64,000 nucleotides of DNA from Oculina patagonica (Eukaryota): contig NC_135759.1 in assembly GCF_052425735.1 (NCBI RefSeq), positions 34,906,001 through 34,970,000 of the forward strand, in the 5' to 3' direction. A model generated the notes under the pieces. The model was not told the origin of the DNA, did not search any database, and saw only the letters and a program-made list of their open reading frames with translations. Position numbers and translations under genes: made by a program. Shown one piece after another: positions 1 to 13,800 of the stretch (positions are counted from its first letter, which is position 1; each line of letters begins with the position of its first letter).

Positions 1-810
1 ATATTCTCTCTGGCCATCTCTGATCTCATGACAGCCTTTTTCTCCATGCCATTCGACGTGGAAGCTTTGTTACATCCATACCAATGGAGTTTCGGCGAGT
101 TCATTTGCAACTTCTGGGCTTTCATGTACCTCATCGCCGCGCCAACTTCAATACTCAATCTAATGGCAGTCAGCTTGGACCGGTATCTAGCTATCAGTGC
201 ACCGCTAAAATATTACAGTGTAATGAAGCCCAAGCTAGCCTTGTTGATCATTGCTACGATATGGCTCTATTCTCTGACGTTTACGACCGCTGGCATGGTG
301 CGGTGGCCCTTTTACGAGCAAAGTGTCATGTTAGGGATGTGCTTCTTTAACATTAGTCCGTACTACTCGGTGGTGAGTTCGGCGGTGAATTTCATTTTGC
401 CAACAGTGATCATGTGTATCATCTATTTCCACATCTACAAGATTGCCAGCGCGCATGCCCGCCGAATCGCAAAGCAAGAAGTGACGACCTCTGTGGCGTC
501 CAACTCCAACGAGGACTCGGGGACGATCACCTCCGAGAAGAAACGAATTAAAAAGAACATCAAGGCTGCCAAGACTATCGCAATTATAGTGTCCTCGTTC
601 CTGCTATGCTGGATGCCGCTAACTTTGACCTCCACTGTTGGCTCGCTTTGTAAAGAATGCCTCATGGTCAATGGCGAATTATGGATGGCACTTATTGTGT
701 TAGCTTACATGAACTCAGCAATGAATCCTATTTTGTATTCATTCTTCAACCAGGAGTTCCGTGAATCCTTTAAAAAGCTCTTTAAACTACAGTTTACTAG
801 ATTTCGCTAG
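1..810 (+). CDS. Rhodopsin-class (class A) GPCR, aminergic-receptor-like; 5' end lies outside the window
   Basis: The frame is open from base 1 (IFSLAISDLM, TM2 LAxxD). Also present: TM3 CNFW...SLDRY, TM5 FILP...IY, ICL3 end KAAKTIAII, TM6 CWMP, ECL3 CKEC, TM7 NSAMNPILY and helix 8 EFRESFKKLF. Stop TAG at 808-810; no introns in this part. Confidence 0.93.
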   Translation: MFSLAISDLMTAFFSMPFDVEALLHPYQWSFGEFICNFWAFMYLIAAPTSILNLMAVSLDRYLAISAPLKYYSVMKPKLALLIIATIWLYSLTFTTAGMVRWPFYEQSVMLGMCFFNISPYYSVVSSAVNFILPTVIMCIIYFHIYKIASAHARRIAKQEVTTSVASNSNEDSGTITSEKKRIKKNIKAAKTIAIIVSSFLLCWMPLTLTSTVGSLCKECLMVNGELWMALIVLAYMNSAMNPILYSFFNQEFRESFKKLFKLQFTRFR

Positions 811-3502
811 ATCTGCCTGTCAGTCTTAGTTCTGTAGCAACTAAAGAAACTTTATAGGCAAAGTTTCTCACAGACTTTCAGAGGCAGTAAATAACTTAGG
901 AAAATGAAAGTAGTATTTATTGAGACAGCTACCCAACATGTGAAATTCTCAGTCTCGAAAACCTTTAAGTGGATAAACTGAAGAAAACTAGCTGCCAAGA
1001 CTAGTTCCATAAGTAAGCCGAAGAGCTAAAAGGATAACAAGTTGACTAATTAAATCCTTACGAGAGGTCACGAAACCTAAAAGGCTTAATTTGAAAGAAG
1101 ATTTGAAACCGGAAAAAGCGGACGATAGTACGATAAAGAAACCCGCAAGAACTTCCGGTCGCGTTTTGAAAGGAAAGCGTAGAACTTTTTTGAAAGGTCG
1201 AACTTGGTGCCGAACATCATAAGTTCTCCATGGTTTAATTATAAGTTAACGTTGGTTAAGTTAACTACTAAGCTTATTTAATTAAGCAATGTGTAATATG
1301 TAAATTATTGAGCTTTAACGCTAAAAGGGGCGCTTCAAAGATGTTTATATTTGTGGGTGCGTGAGCGAGACCTCTAAACCAAAGGCGTTTAGTCAAGGAA
1401 AAAGAGATAATTCAGTAGCCCTGCATCTGAAAGTAAAAATAAAAAGATGATTAAAATTGAAATCCAAGTTATTGAGAATTGATCATTTCAGTTATGCTGG
1501 ATAAAAATGAACTTCAAGTTTGGTTCCTCTTTAAAAGAAAATAGGAAAGTAGGCGTTTGAATCGGCGAGCCTTTTCGCCACCCACTTTGAAGCAGAAAAA
1601 CCTTCCCTGCGATAAGATTTCTTTCTTTCTAGTATGCCCTACTCGGAATATAAAGCCCGATGGTTTGAAAGACGTAATGAACTACTAAAGAGCTTTGTAA
1701 GATTATTAAAACAAGCGATTTGCAGTTCACAGCTTAATAAATCATTTACAACAACACCTTGTAGACGAAAAGAAGACGGATATTGATCCTGGCGTAAAGG
1801 ATTTAAATATCTTTCAAGGTGTGCATTGCATTTCATAGTACTTCATAGCAAAGTAAACAAATTGTTTTCCTTAACCGAATGGTGTAAAAGATATCAGTCA
1901 CGAAATCGTGATATCATACCGACAAAATAAACAGAAATTTCCTCTACACCGCAAATTGGGTGTATTAACAACGAACCGATTAGAGCTAAAGAATTTGGCA
2001 TTGTTATAAAATTAAAAGTAAAGACGTGATATAACGCACGGTATTTCAAAAGTCTTACGAGAAAAATAACTGTCTGTTTCTGTTTTAGAAGTTAGGACAT
2101 AATTTACTTGCATGTTTTCGACACTGATCGAGCTTTAGAATTCCAAAACTGTGCTTTGAAAAACGTAGCCGCCAATAGCCAAAAGGGACCCTGAATTCAG
2201 CTAAAGAAACGTTGCTCGATTCTGTAGTGTTTGCTTAGGGATTTAAATGTACTCATGCAACATCCAGCAACTCAGACCACGAAAAGACGTAATCAAAGAA
2301 TTGAGTCAAAAATCTTTTAGAGAAAGGGGGTTAACGAAATGCTAAGCGACTACTTAAGGGTCAGTAAAATTTCTAGTGGCATTGTAGGGGGGTTTGAAGA
2401 GAAGTGAAGTACTTTTTGGGAGGGTCAGCAAGTTCGAGATTAACATCTATGATGTTTGATATATGCGGCTCTTTTGAAAAGAGTTGAGTTATTTCTTTAA
2501 ATTGCACTTCTTCTTGTCACTTATCGTATCGAGCACCCCACCCCTCCCACATGGGAGCCGAGGTCGCTTTATTTTGGGCGGCGCTGTTACTCCGCATATA
2601 CATGATCCTAAAATAGATGAACCTCCTAAAAAGTGTTTTTAAAATTAGAAAAACACAAAACAAACAGCAATACTTAGCTTTAATAGAAGCCGAGTTCGGA
2701 GAGACAAAATGAAACGCGATTCAGGAAACGGATTCCAAACAGCACTCTGTCAGGCCAAAGTTCCGTTTGTAAAACTGACGTGGCCCACTACATAATGCTC
2801 AGAAGTATTCATAACTTTCATTGTTTGCGATGTAGCTAAGCTTCCAGTCAGGAACCGTTGTGTTTATTAAAAAAATCTTTGAGCTCAAAATAAAGACAGC
2901 AAAGCATCAGACTAGCGCGTGGTGCGCCCCCCATGACGGAATGATACCAACTTCCTCTTGACCTTTATTACACCTGTGTTTTCAGTTAATAGGCGTTTAG
3001 CATCAAAATAGTCTTGTCTACGAGAAAACAGAAGACAAATTGGCATGGCAGCCCACTCTATCAATCAGTCAGCAATTTAGGTTCGGAAACGATATCAAGA
3101 AACTACCCAAGTTCACTCACCTTTCTTGGAGTCCAAGATAAGGAAGGATTTCTTTCAATCAGGCTTAGAAAAGAATGTATAACGGCGACTTTTACTCGAC
3201 CGTTCATTTGAAAACTACTGTTATTCTTTATCAGGTATAGGACAAAATGCTCGCCTATTTCTGTTACTCCACAAAGGAGCCCGTGTAAAGTCTACTTCCT
3301 ACGGAACAACAACATAAAAGCCTACGGCAACTTCTGAATGAAGAACTTGCAATGTTCTTTCCATGTAATTCCCAATTACAACAAAAGCCCCCCCCCCCTA
3401 CCTCCCCCGCGCCCCCTCATCCCTCGATAAAAAGCTCCCCCTGACAGAGTTATTTAAGCCCAGGTTTTATAACCGGAATTGTACGATACCACATCAATGC
3501 AT

Positions 3503-3828
3503 CTCCAACAAAGATCTGCTTGCCCAATGTCACCAAGAGAGCATGAGAACGATAATAAGAAGGAGACGTTGGAGCTGGGTAGGACATGTGCTTAGGATGG
3601 AAGGAAAAGCTATTCCAAAAACAGCAGTTCATTGGACACCAGAAGGGAAAAGACAGCGAGGACGACCAAGAACAACTTGGAGGCGGACGATAGCGTGAGA
3701 AAGCGAACTTAAAACCCTTAACTACACCTGGGGAGACATCGAAAAGAAAGCTCGTGACAGGCATGCGTGGAGAATCTTTGTCGCTGCCCTTAGCGCCGAT
3801 GGCGTATAGGGCAGTAAGTAAGTAAGTA
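3503..3828 (+). mobile_element. 5'-truncated RTE-clade LINE (3' end of ORF plus tail)
   Basis: Translates to ...RRRRWSWVGHVLRMEGKAIPKTAVHWTPEGKRQRGRPRTTWRRT...DRHAWRIFVAAL, a typical RTE C-terminus, with a frameshift. (TAAG)n tail; exact 12-bp TSD ACATCAATGCAT at 3491-3502 and 3829-3840. Confidence 0.9.
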
Positions 3829-4371
3829 ACATCAATGCATTGCTTAGCAGCACTGACATTAAACTTATCTTTGTTTGCGAGCAAGCTTTTGTGTCAGCTG
3901 GAACTTCACACAGACTTTCTCATAACTTCTCAAGCAGGCATAAAGTAAGATCCTTGTTGGAACAACCATCGGCTTAGGTATTTCATGTTAACTCTACAAT
4001 TCCACAAAACTAGTTAGAATAACTCACTGGGTATCAGTTTCCCGATAAATGGTCCGCGTTTATAGTTTACCAATGGGAAGCGCGGTGACCTAATGGTTAA
4101 CAAAAGAAATGGAGCCGGATCAGTAAAAGGAATTTATACGTTGACTCCCCTTTCTTCAGTTTACTACAACGAAATTTTCATCGGCGCATTATCTACATTC
4201 TCTATCTTCAACTTTTTTTCTTCACTGCTTACAGAATACCAGAAATGTTACACCGGGACGAAAGCGCAAAAATTGTTCAACGCTGCGTAATGTTAGCGAA
4301 AATGCGAGGAAAGTGAAAAGCACTGAACAGGAGGCTCGACTCTTCATATTTATCATCCTTACCCAATCCCC

Positions 4372-4565
4372 AGCTCTCTCCACCCGGGTGTATAAATGGG
4401 TACCGGCGAATTTACTGCTGGCGGGTAATCCCTGCGATGGACTGGCATCCCATCCAGGGGGGAAGGGGGGGGGGGGTAGCAATACTCCCAGTCGCTTAAT
4501 GCTACGGAAACCGGGATAAGCTCCGGCTGTATGGGCCACTTCGCTCGGACACAGACTTTACCCTT
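4372..4565 (+). mobile_element. SINE 3' portion (dispersed family, V-domain-like core)
   Basis: Contains CCTGCGATGGACTGGCATCCCATCCAGGG...GAAACCGGGATAAGCTCCGGC. A near-identical reverse copy lies at 60553-60710, with decayed copies near 8460-8645 and 21040-21500. Confidence 0.75.
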
Positions 4566-4889
4566 TTTACCTACCCAATCCCCAGCAGCCCGTGCTGAGA
4601 CACACACAAACCACACAAGGAAGCACACATACGAACTGATAAAGGAAGCACACATACGAACTGATTATCACAGTCAACGAAGATAACACGAACGTGAGTG
4701 AATTTTAAGAAACTTTCAGGAATGAATAGCTCTATATGAATGGACAGATTATCTTAGCAACAGATATGTAGATTAAGCCACTCGGAAATTATACAAACTC
4801 CATCACGTTGTCGACAACATTCCAAATAAATTAAACGCAGGTTGAGTAAAAATAACATATTTTATTGACTTAAATCCTGTACAACTTAA

Positions 4890-7800
4890 TCAACTGCTGG
4901 CTTCAATATTGATGTCCACAGATTTTTCAGATGACTTTTCCACCAAATGTATGTGAAGTGATCCATCTCTGACAGTTGAGAAACAAAACAGTTTTTAAAA
5001 ATCCGTTAGCTACTAGTAAACATATACGCTGGTTTATCATTCATTTACCATTTTAACCTGACGAACTCACAGTTTCTTCTTACTCGGTCTACATATATTT
5101 CTTATTGTATTAGTTCGGAGAATTTTATTACCGATACACATCAAGCCACTCCTACTTGGTGATCAGTTCTTTTTATGATATTTGAAGAGAGAGAAGCGTA
5201 TTGGAAAGATGAAGGCTTCAAAAAAGAAAAAGAATGGACTTATCGGAGATATTAATCTCACAAGAAGACAAGCGATGGACTGAACAACGGGTTAACGAAG
5301 TTAATTTCAATCAAGTTCCTCAATTCCAATAAATTAACGGTACCCGTTGGTGCACCTGGGTGAAGAAGAGCTAAGATAGGCACTGTGTTGGTACAGTGTC
5401 TTGCACACTGACAAACACAAGGGCACTCCCAGTGATCTAACGTATATACACGGAGCTCCTTTGCGAGTGGAGCTCTATACCTAAAAAAAATTGAGAAACC
5501 CATCAACCTGAAAAATTTTGGTTGTCACGTGATTGTTCGTCTGTACGTCCCTCCTTCCTTTTCTTACGCCACCTGCACGAGAAAGACAGCAAGGAACGGC
5601 CCGAGGAAAATGGTATCGTCGCATAAATTCAAAGTTACATAATGGACAAAATAAATAACTGTGGAGCCCCGCTTTAAGACTTGGCTAAATCTATATATGC
5701 CATAAGCGGAGGTTATAAACGTCTGAGATACAGCAGATTAACAACGTACCTAAATTCACTATTTAACTCGCGGTCGTTGTAACCTTACCTTCTGATGTGA
5801 AAAGTTCCGATAATTTGTGCTTCCCCTTTTGCCATCGGTGGGATGTCTTCAAGAACTACCTGATGTGATGAGAAAATGATACTAAAAGCTTTAAGTAAGA
5901 CTTAACAGCTCAAATAAGCATTTATAAAAATTGCAGCCTATTTTGAAATGAAAATATAGGAAACTACTGTTTTTATTTATATGGCTTGATGCTTTCTCAA
6001 ACTCCCTTGAGTTACTAAACATTAGCTTGCATTTCCTGTTTCTTAATTTCCAAACGATTTGGTTCAAAAATGACTTGACGCATTTTCGAGGCAACAAGAG
6101 AACAGTTTTCTAAGTACATAACTTATCTCCTGAATGGAAATCTGACATTTTCAAGTGTTTCCTCAAGAATGAGCGTCTACTGATAGCACAGGTCCACTCA
6201 ACTGTACCGAACTTCCTTTCTCGACCTTATTGTTGGGAGGGGCACAATTACTTATCCATATTATGTCAATTTTATAAATTATGTACATGCTAATGTATTC
6301 TCCAAAGATAAGAGAAACTGGACAATTAGTTTAACTTGATGCAGGCTAATTAAAGAAACAGGCAACCCACCTTAGCCACAAGAGTCTTTTCAGGGTCGTT
6401 AGGTGTGTCATCATTCACTTCATATACACATAAACAAACTGTCGCCTGCATGGCGCAGGAAAAGGAAAACAGAATGAAAAAAAAAAACATGAAAACATCC
6501 ATATAAAAATAAATCAAGCCAATGAGTGAGCTCAATTCAAACAATCGCATTCACGAGTGAGTAGAAAACTCTTGAAAAACGATGCCTCAGAGTTCGTTTA
6601 TTTTAGAAGATTTGTCGGTTTGGAGAATAGATTCAATAGGGTATTAATTTTCCCTCCTCCCCTTTTTTTTTTTTCTCTTTCCTCTTTCATTTTTTACTCC
6701 TTTTTTCTGGAATCACCTTAACTGACTAGTTGCAAGCACTTTGTGTGTTCTTTGAATACTACTCAAAGTTAACGTGGGTCGTATGGGCGGCTGCCAGGGC
6801 GGCCATAAGAAGAGAAGAAGATATGGCCGACATGGTGTTTTGATTCGGAATTTCACACCTCTTCACCCTCTTCAAATTCGTTGCAGCTATGTAGCAGTAC
6901 TGGGTCTAAAGGGCCTAAAGGGTATAAAGTTTCAGGGTCTCTTTTAGCAGACAAACTACTCGATGTGTTACCAAATATATTTGTTCCAACTTCCAACCTG
7001 GCCATCCCAATAAAATGTTTCGTTTCCCATCGCCCCATCTCTTGTGATGGTGGGTCCGTCGGTCGGGCAAAAAAAAAAAAGGAATGAACACTTTACGGGT
7101 TCTTGGTTCCAGAAAAGGCCCGGGCTGCTAAGTAAGAAAGCCTGATTACAAAGTCAAATCGAAAACGTGGTATTTTCATTCGTTATTCTTTAACAGTCTT
7201 TAAATAACGTAGTATCGATGTTTATTAAAGTCTTAGACATCACATCATACCAATTGTTTTTCACTGAAAAACAAGATCGTGTGCTTGTAAATGGAAGAAC
7301 TTGCTTCTTTGACAAGTTAATCTGGATTTTTTTTTTTACTTTCGAAAAAAATGGGTCGGTCGGGCGATGGGAAACAAAACATTTTATTGGGATGGCCCAA
7401 GGCAAATTTTGTAAATTAGATGAATTTTTAAGGAGACTTTCAATGCTGACCTGGAGACTAGGAGCGTTCAAACAGAACCACAAACCTGATTATCCACAGA
7501 GGTTGTGAAATTGTGTGTTCTTCTTGAGGGAATAGGGGTGTACTTGGGGATGATTGGACAAAGGCAGGACTCTGCTTCTTCAAGCTGTGTAGATAAACGA
7601 ATAATAAATAAAAAATTGCAATAATTATTGTATTTGTTTATTATGGAGTACAGTCCCCCGTCAAGTGACTGTCAGTCATCTCTCAGCCGGTTGCAGGTGG
7701 TCTGTGCTTTAGCCAAAACCTGTCAGGTGACAAACAGCCAGCATTTGGCCGACAAACGGCCAACAGACGACCGACAGTTGGCCAACAGATGACTGACAGT

Positions 7801-10800
7801 TGGCCGACATACAACCAACAGTCGGCCGACAGTCGACAGACAGTTTTTTTGGAGGAACTGTTCTTCACTTTTTTTGAGATATAAGTAACACTCTAAACTT
7901 ACCATCACGCTGATCGCTCTTGATGTACATTCCACTTCTATAGCATCATGTAATTGCTCTTCCCTCCCTTGAAGTAAAGATGCCTGGACAGATCAAATGA
8001 AAAGGACATGAACTGAGTAAAGGCAACTAAGTTAATATCTCTTTGGTAGGACAGACTAAACTACAAAGAAATGACTAAGAGGTTACACTACCTGAATGGC
8101 TGCTCCGTGTGCTAACACACTATCAGGATCAATGGATTGAAAGATTTCCTTTTCACCAAAATAATCCTGGACAAGCTGCTTGATTCTAGGAATTCGAGTA
8201 GAACCACCTGCCAATATAACCTTCAAAACCAAGAAAACATTCAGTTAGTCACAAACACTTCTCCCATGTGCATTAGTTGCTGATGCCGGGAATTTGGGTG
8301 GAACATGCCAGAACACAAATATAAACTTACAAAAGTCAAGCAAACATTTAGTTGGAACATGAAAAAGTGAAGTCTGTTCAATACTATGGATCAAAGGAAA
8401 TAGAAAGCCCATGAATGTCAGTGCTTAACACCAGATTCTGATAAATATTTTTTACTCTACATCCCCCCCCCCCCCCCACCAACGGATGGGATGCTAGTCC
8501 ATAGCAGGTAACCCCAGCATTTTGTTGAGTTGTCCCAACCATTCACTACTAGCCATTAACACTCTTTGGTGGAGGAAGGCTTTAATTATTATAGAATCCC
8601 ACCCGAGAACACAATGTCCTAAGCTTGAATGCGGACCTCTGGACTATACCCTTGGTGCCAGAGGGGTTTTTTTGTCACAGGTAGCAGCTTCAAAGCAAAA
8701 AACCCTCTGGCACCCAGGGTACTCAATCTAGTGTCCAACACACCTTGGTCAGTTGTCCGAGAGAATATCAATGCCTCTGTTATGGTCTTACCTGATCAAT
8801 ATTATCTTTTGTAAGATTTGATGTGGTGAGAACTCTATTAATGGTGGACAGACTTTGCTGGAATAAACTTAAACAAAGAGACTCAAACCGAGCCCTGCAA
8901 AAAGAAAAACACACCATTGGGTTCTACATAGGTTGACAGTGACACTGTAACTGTGATTTTGAGCAAGACAATGATGATCATAACAAAGAGGGCAATGATG
9001 GAAACAATGACAATGCCGAGAAATGACAACCACGCTAAGTATAGTAACAGTAATGACATTGAAAATAACAATGTGGTGACTACAGCACCATTATGATTAT
9101 GACAACACAGATGGCAAGGACAATGATAATGAAAATGATGACTAGAATGTTGAAGTTGTAAGGACACTGATGATGACAATGATAATGATGATGATGACGA
9201 CGACGACGATGATGATGATGATGATGACAACAATGACAATGATGAAAGTGACCACAGTGATTGTGACACATGCGACAATACCTTGACACTGTACTGTGCA
9301 TGTCAATTCCATCATAAAGGGACTCTATAGCACAAGTTGCTGTATCTCTGGATGACAGGATATGTTTACAATTTTCAGCACCCGCCATAAGTTTGGCCAT
9401 TGCTCTGGCATTGCCTCTGACATCTTGTTTCCACTGTCTGTAATGAAACAAGGAGGAAAAATGCTTGTTTTAGTACGAATCAGCAGATCTTTTGAAGAAG
9501 TACACTAATCTGTCAGTGATAAATGATTTTAATGATACATTTTACAAATGCACAGAAACCTTTTAAATTCTGCAGCAAGATGCTGTGCAAGCAACTCGTC
9601 AAATTTAATTCCACCAAGAGTTGTGTCATGTTCTGTTGCTACTACTCTATACATTCCACCATTCACAGCCAAAACAGTGACATCAAGTGTTGTTCCTCCA
9701 AGTCTGTACACAAGCACTGTCCTGAAAGTACAAAAAGATGGGGTCAGGACGCAGCTCTCACAAGATCCCAAATGAATGACCTTCAGGAGCATTACCCTTC
9801 AAGAGAACAATAGAGAAAACAATGGGAACAATGACCTTAACCCCTCCCCCCCAAAAACAATAGCAATTGGGAAAGAGGACACAGAAAATGGAATTGGCCG
9901 TTCCGAGGTTGAGCAGGGAACTGGGGCGAGTTTCAAATTTTAAGAAATCGATAATCTGACACCACCACATAAAAGATCACGGTGTGATTGGTCATTTGAC
10001 CAAGTTTGATGCTTTTAGGATGACCAGAGATGAAGTTATGGGCCCTGAAACATGGTTAAAAATCCATACAAACGTCTCTTACCGTATTTATTCGATTAAG
10101 CGCCCTGGGCGCTTATTAAATTTTTGGACCTTGAGGGTGGGCGCTTATTCGAGGTGGGCGCTTAATCGAGGCTGGGCGCTTATTAAATTTTCAGCTAGTA
10201 TTACGTTTATTAGCTAATAGTACGTTTAGTTTTCAAGAAAACAATGTGTAATAACTAAACGTGAAGGTGTACGAAAGCTGAATATTAAATGTTGATTGAA
10301 AGTTTCAGTAAAAAACTAAAAAAATCTTGGTCTTCGCAATAGTCTCTTAGTCAATTTTAATCTCAACTACAACAATAATCAAATTTCCTCTTGTGCTCTC
10401 ATTTTAGGGGGGTGGGGGTGGGCGCTTATTTGAGGCTGGGCGCTTATTAACTTTTCCTACCTACAGAGTGGGCGTTTATTCGAGGTGGGCGCTTATTCGA
10501 GGTTGGGCGCTTAATCGAATAAATACGGTATTTTGAGACAGCGTCCCCCAAAACCATATAAACTCTTAATTTTTTTTATGATTTTTGTGATACTCTTTAA
10601 AATGGGCAAACATAGTGGTTTCCATCTTAGTTTCTTTCAAGTAATGGGTCCTTGGCAGGATTTTACAGCAGTCACAAACGGATAAAAATATTAAGAGTTT
10701 ATATGGGTTTGGGGGACGCTGGCTGACAATTAGAGACGTTTGTATGGATTTTGAACAATGTTTCAAGGTCCATAACTTCGTTTCCGTTCATACTGAAAGC

Positions 10801-13800
10801 GTCAAATTTGGTCAAATGACCAATCTCACCGTGATTTTCCATGTGATGGTGTTAAATTATCGATTAAGTAAAATTTGAAACTCGCCCCAGTCCCCTGCGC
10901 AACCTCGGAACGGCTAATAATGGCTTCTCTTGAAATACTGTGAACTTGCTTAAAATGAATTTTATAGGTCAAAAAGTAAATTCAGAATATTACCCCCTCT
11001 CATCTTATTTTTCATTAGTAGGAGCCATTATAAGTAGAAACAGTGTATGTTGTGCAAAAAAGTTGTTTTTGCTCCGAAAAATCACAAACAATTGGAATTT
11101 TACCATCTGAAACAAAAGAAAATATAAGTCGATTTGCTTTAAAACATTTCACATCAACAACAAAATAAACCATACACTATTATTATCAATGACATAAATG
11201 AACCTACCTTAGAGTAGTCCGATCACTTTGTCCAATGTCTGTTCAAAGAAAAGTACTGTGTAAATTATAATATTTTGAGGTCAAACTGACATTGGCAAAT
11301 GACTGGGAATTACAATCTGTTTCAAATAGTAAGAGTAATTTTAAATTAGGCTTTCATGTGTATTTACATTTTTAAGGATTACTGTAATTTGTATTTAGGG
11401 TTTAACCAGACAACAAAGAACATACTCTTTATTCAGATGGCTTTGAGGTGATAATCAAATTTGCCTTCTTTTAAATACATTTCATGGTCATACAGGTGCT
11501 TTGTCCATAAACAGACAATATACATGTAGATTCACTTTAAAAGTGTACTTGATCTAAGCAGACATCTGAAACACAATAGTTACACCATATCTGCTCAATG
11601 GCTGAACAAGACACTCTGCTCCATCATTTACATTCTTATAACATTCCTTATTGTTTGAAATAATCATACAAATGGTAGGGTATTAGGCTAAAAATTAAGT
11701 CTGCCGATCTTATCTGTGACTTTACCATAAGCCAGAGCTGCTGCAGCAGGTTGACTGATGACACGAAGCACATCAAAGCCAGCATCTTCTGCTGCTTCCC
11801 TGGGGAATAAAAAATACTCATTGTTATGTATCACAGGTATTGCTTTCACATCTGTCAATTTAGATCGAATAAAAATAAATAAATCGAAACCAGGTCACAT
11901 TGGTGGGAAGCAAGCACTCTTACCACTGCGCCATCCCCGCTCCCCAATCAATATGAAAGTGATTTACTGGCACAGTAGTCCATAGATATTGACCAATCAG
12001 AGCCTTGCATCATCTTCAGTTATGGAATAAAATTCGCAAAATAATGCATCATGCCCAGCCAGAAGCTCTCAGCTTTGTTTGTAATAATTTATCACTGTAT
12101 GCAATTGACAAATATTATTATTTTGTCAATGATTTCTTTGATATTCCTTTCTGATTCTTTATTTGATAACAGATTGAAGGCTGCCAGATTTCAGCAAAAA
12201 TGGATGAGTTACATGTATGCAACTAATGACTGACCAACTGCCTGAGTAACGGACAGATGGAAGGAGGAGAGACTGATGTGCTATTTTGTTGTTAATTGAA
12301 TACCTTATGGCTGTTTTCTGCTCATCATTGAAGTGTAAAGGTACAGTGAGAACAGCTTCTTCAATGTCATTTCCACCATTGGCCTGAGCAATTTCTGTAA
12401 AATGAAAACAGTCAACAAAATGCAGTTAACTCCCTTTAGGGAGGCAAGCGTGGCCGAGTAGTTTAGGGCGCTGGTGTTGTAATTCAGAGGTCCTCCGTTC
12501 AAGACCTGCCCCTGCCACTAGCTGGATTTGTATTCGGTAGTCTCGAGTTAAAATCCTCGGTCACGCTTTGTATATAGCCAACTGGTCTGCCTCCTGCCAG
12601 TGGGGATTTTTAACCTTGTTATGTTCATTTAAAATATTTGTTTCCTCTGTTTCAGTGGCATGCCTGTAAACTAGCTATCTCAAAGCTAAGTGCATGACCA
12701 CTAGAAAACAACATTTTTTTTTTTTTTAATAACAGACACCTTCGGGACCTGGTGTCCATAATAGAAAAAAGTCCGTAGTAGCAAGAGTTATTTTCAGTAT
12801 TTCTTATTCGCCGGGACTTTAACTCCTGTCCATAATAACAGGGTGTCCGTAATAGTGAGGCGTCCGCAAGGCGAGAGTTGACTGTTGTTCCATTCCCCAT
12901 AACACAACTATGGGCTTTCTATGGGCCCATCAATGCCAGGACTTACTTGAATATCAATAAACATGCACAGAGGCAAACTGTCCAGACAGGACTCTTAATC
13001 AGGGACACTTTTACAATCACTCATCATTAATCCTTACCTAACAACTTCTGAAAAATCATCTTGACAACTTCTTTGGGGGAGAATCGTGTTGGTTTATCGT
13101 TTATCTCTAACTCAAAGAAGGGTTCTCCATCTTTATCAACAATCTGCAAAGCAGAGTTGCTTTAATCAGTTGGAAACTTTAAGATAAATACAGTTGAGTC
13201 CCGATAACTTGAACCTTGAAGGGAAATCAAAAAAAGGTTCGAGTTATTGGGGGTTTGATTTATCAAGGGTAAAATTAGTAAGAAAACGACCTGAAGAGGA
13301 ATTGAAAAATCTTCGATTTAGCAGGAGGTTCGAGTTATTGAGGGTTTCGAGTTATCAGGATTCAACTGTAGAGACTAAAGAAATGACAAGAAGTTCATTG
13401 ACAATGAATGAACACTATCCTCAGAGAGACTCTAAACCCCATAAAGTACTTATTTCACTGTCCAGTCTACCAACTGTGGCATCTTGTGGGTGGATTAATA
13501 GATGGTATTTTGTTATGCCAGTGTACAGGATAGGGGAGTAGGATAACCTCTACTTTAAAATATTAATGATAGTTTTACAAATGTGTTAGAGGGTGTGCTC
13601 TTTTAAGTTTTTATGCTCTGACAAAGGACTAATGCTAGAAACATCAGCTTTTCCAAATTTTCTATGGTGGTTATTTTTTTATAACCTTTATCAACCTTTT
13701 CTATAATCAATTAAGTGTTTCACTAATGTCTTGCCTGTTTACACAGGATTTCCGAAGATTTCCAAAGATTGCCGAGTAAGATCCAAAGATGTTTTGACTT

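Noticed and set aside
6853-7038. Exon-like open segment (LEVGTNIFG...EEGEE) in HSPA14 intron 14
   Set aside because: Wrong phase for HSPA14, the protein is complete without it, the ORF start lies in a MITE TIR, and I recognise no homology.
8883-9451. Poly-Ser and poly-His/Arg ORFs (8883-9278, 9080-9451)
   Set aside because: They are translations of an intronic GAT microsatellite; only 9437-9282 is real HSPA14 exon.
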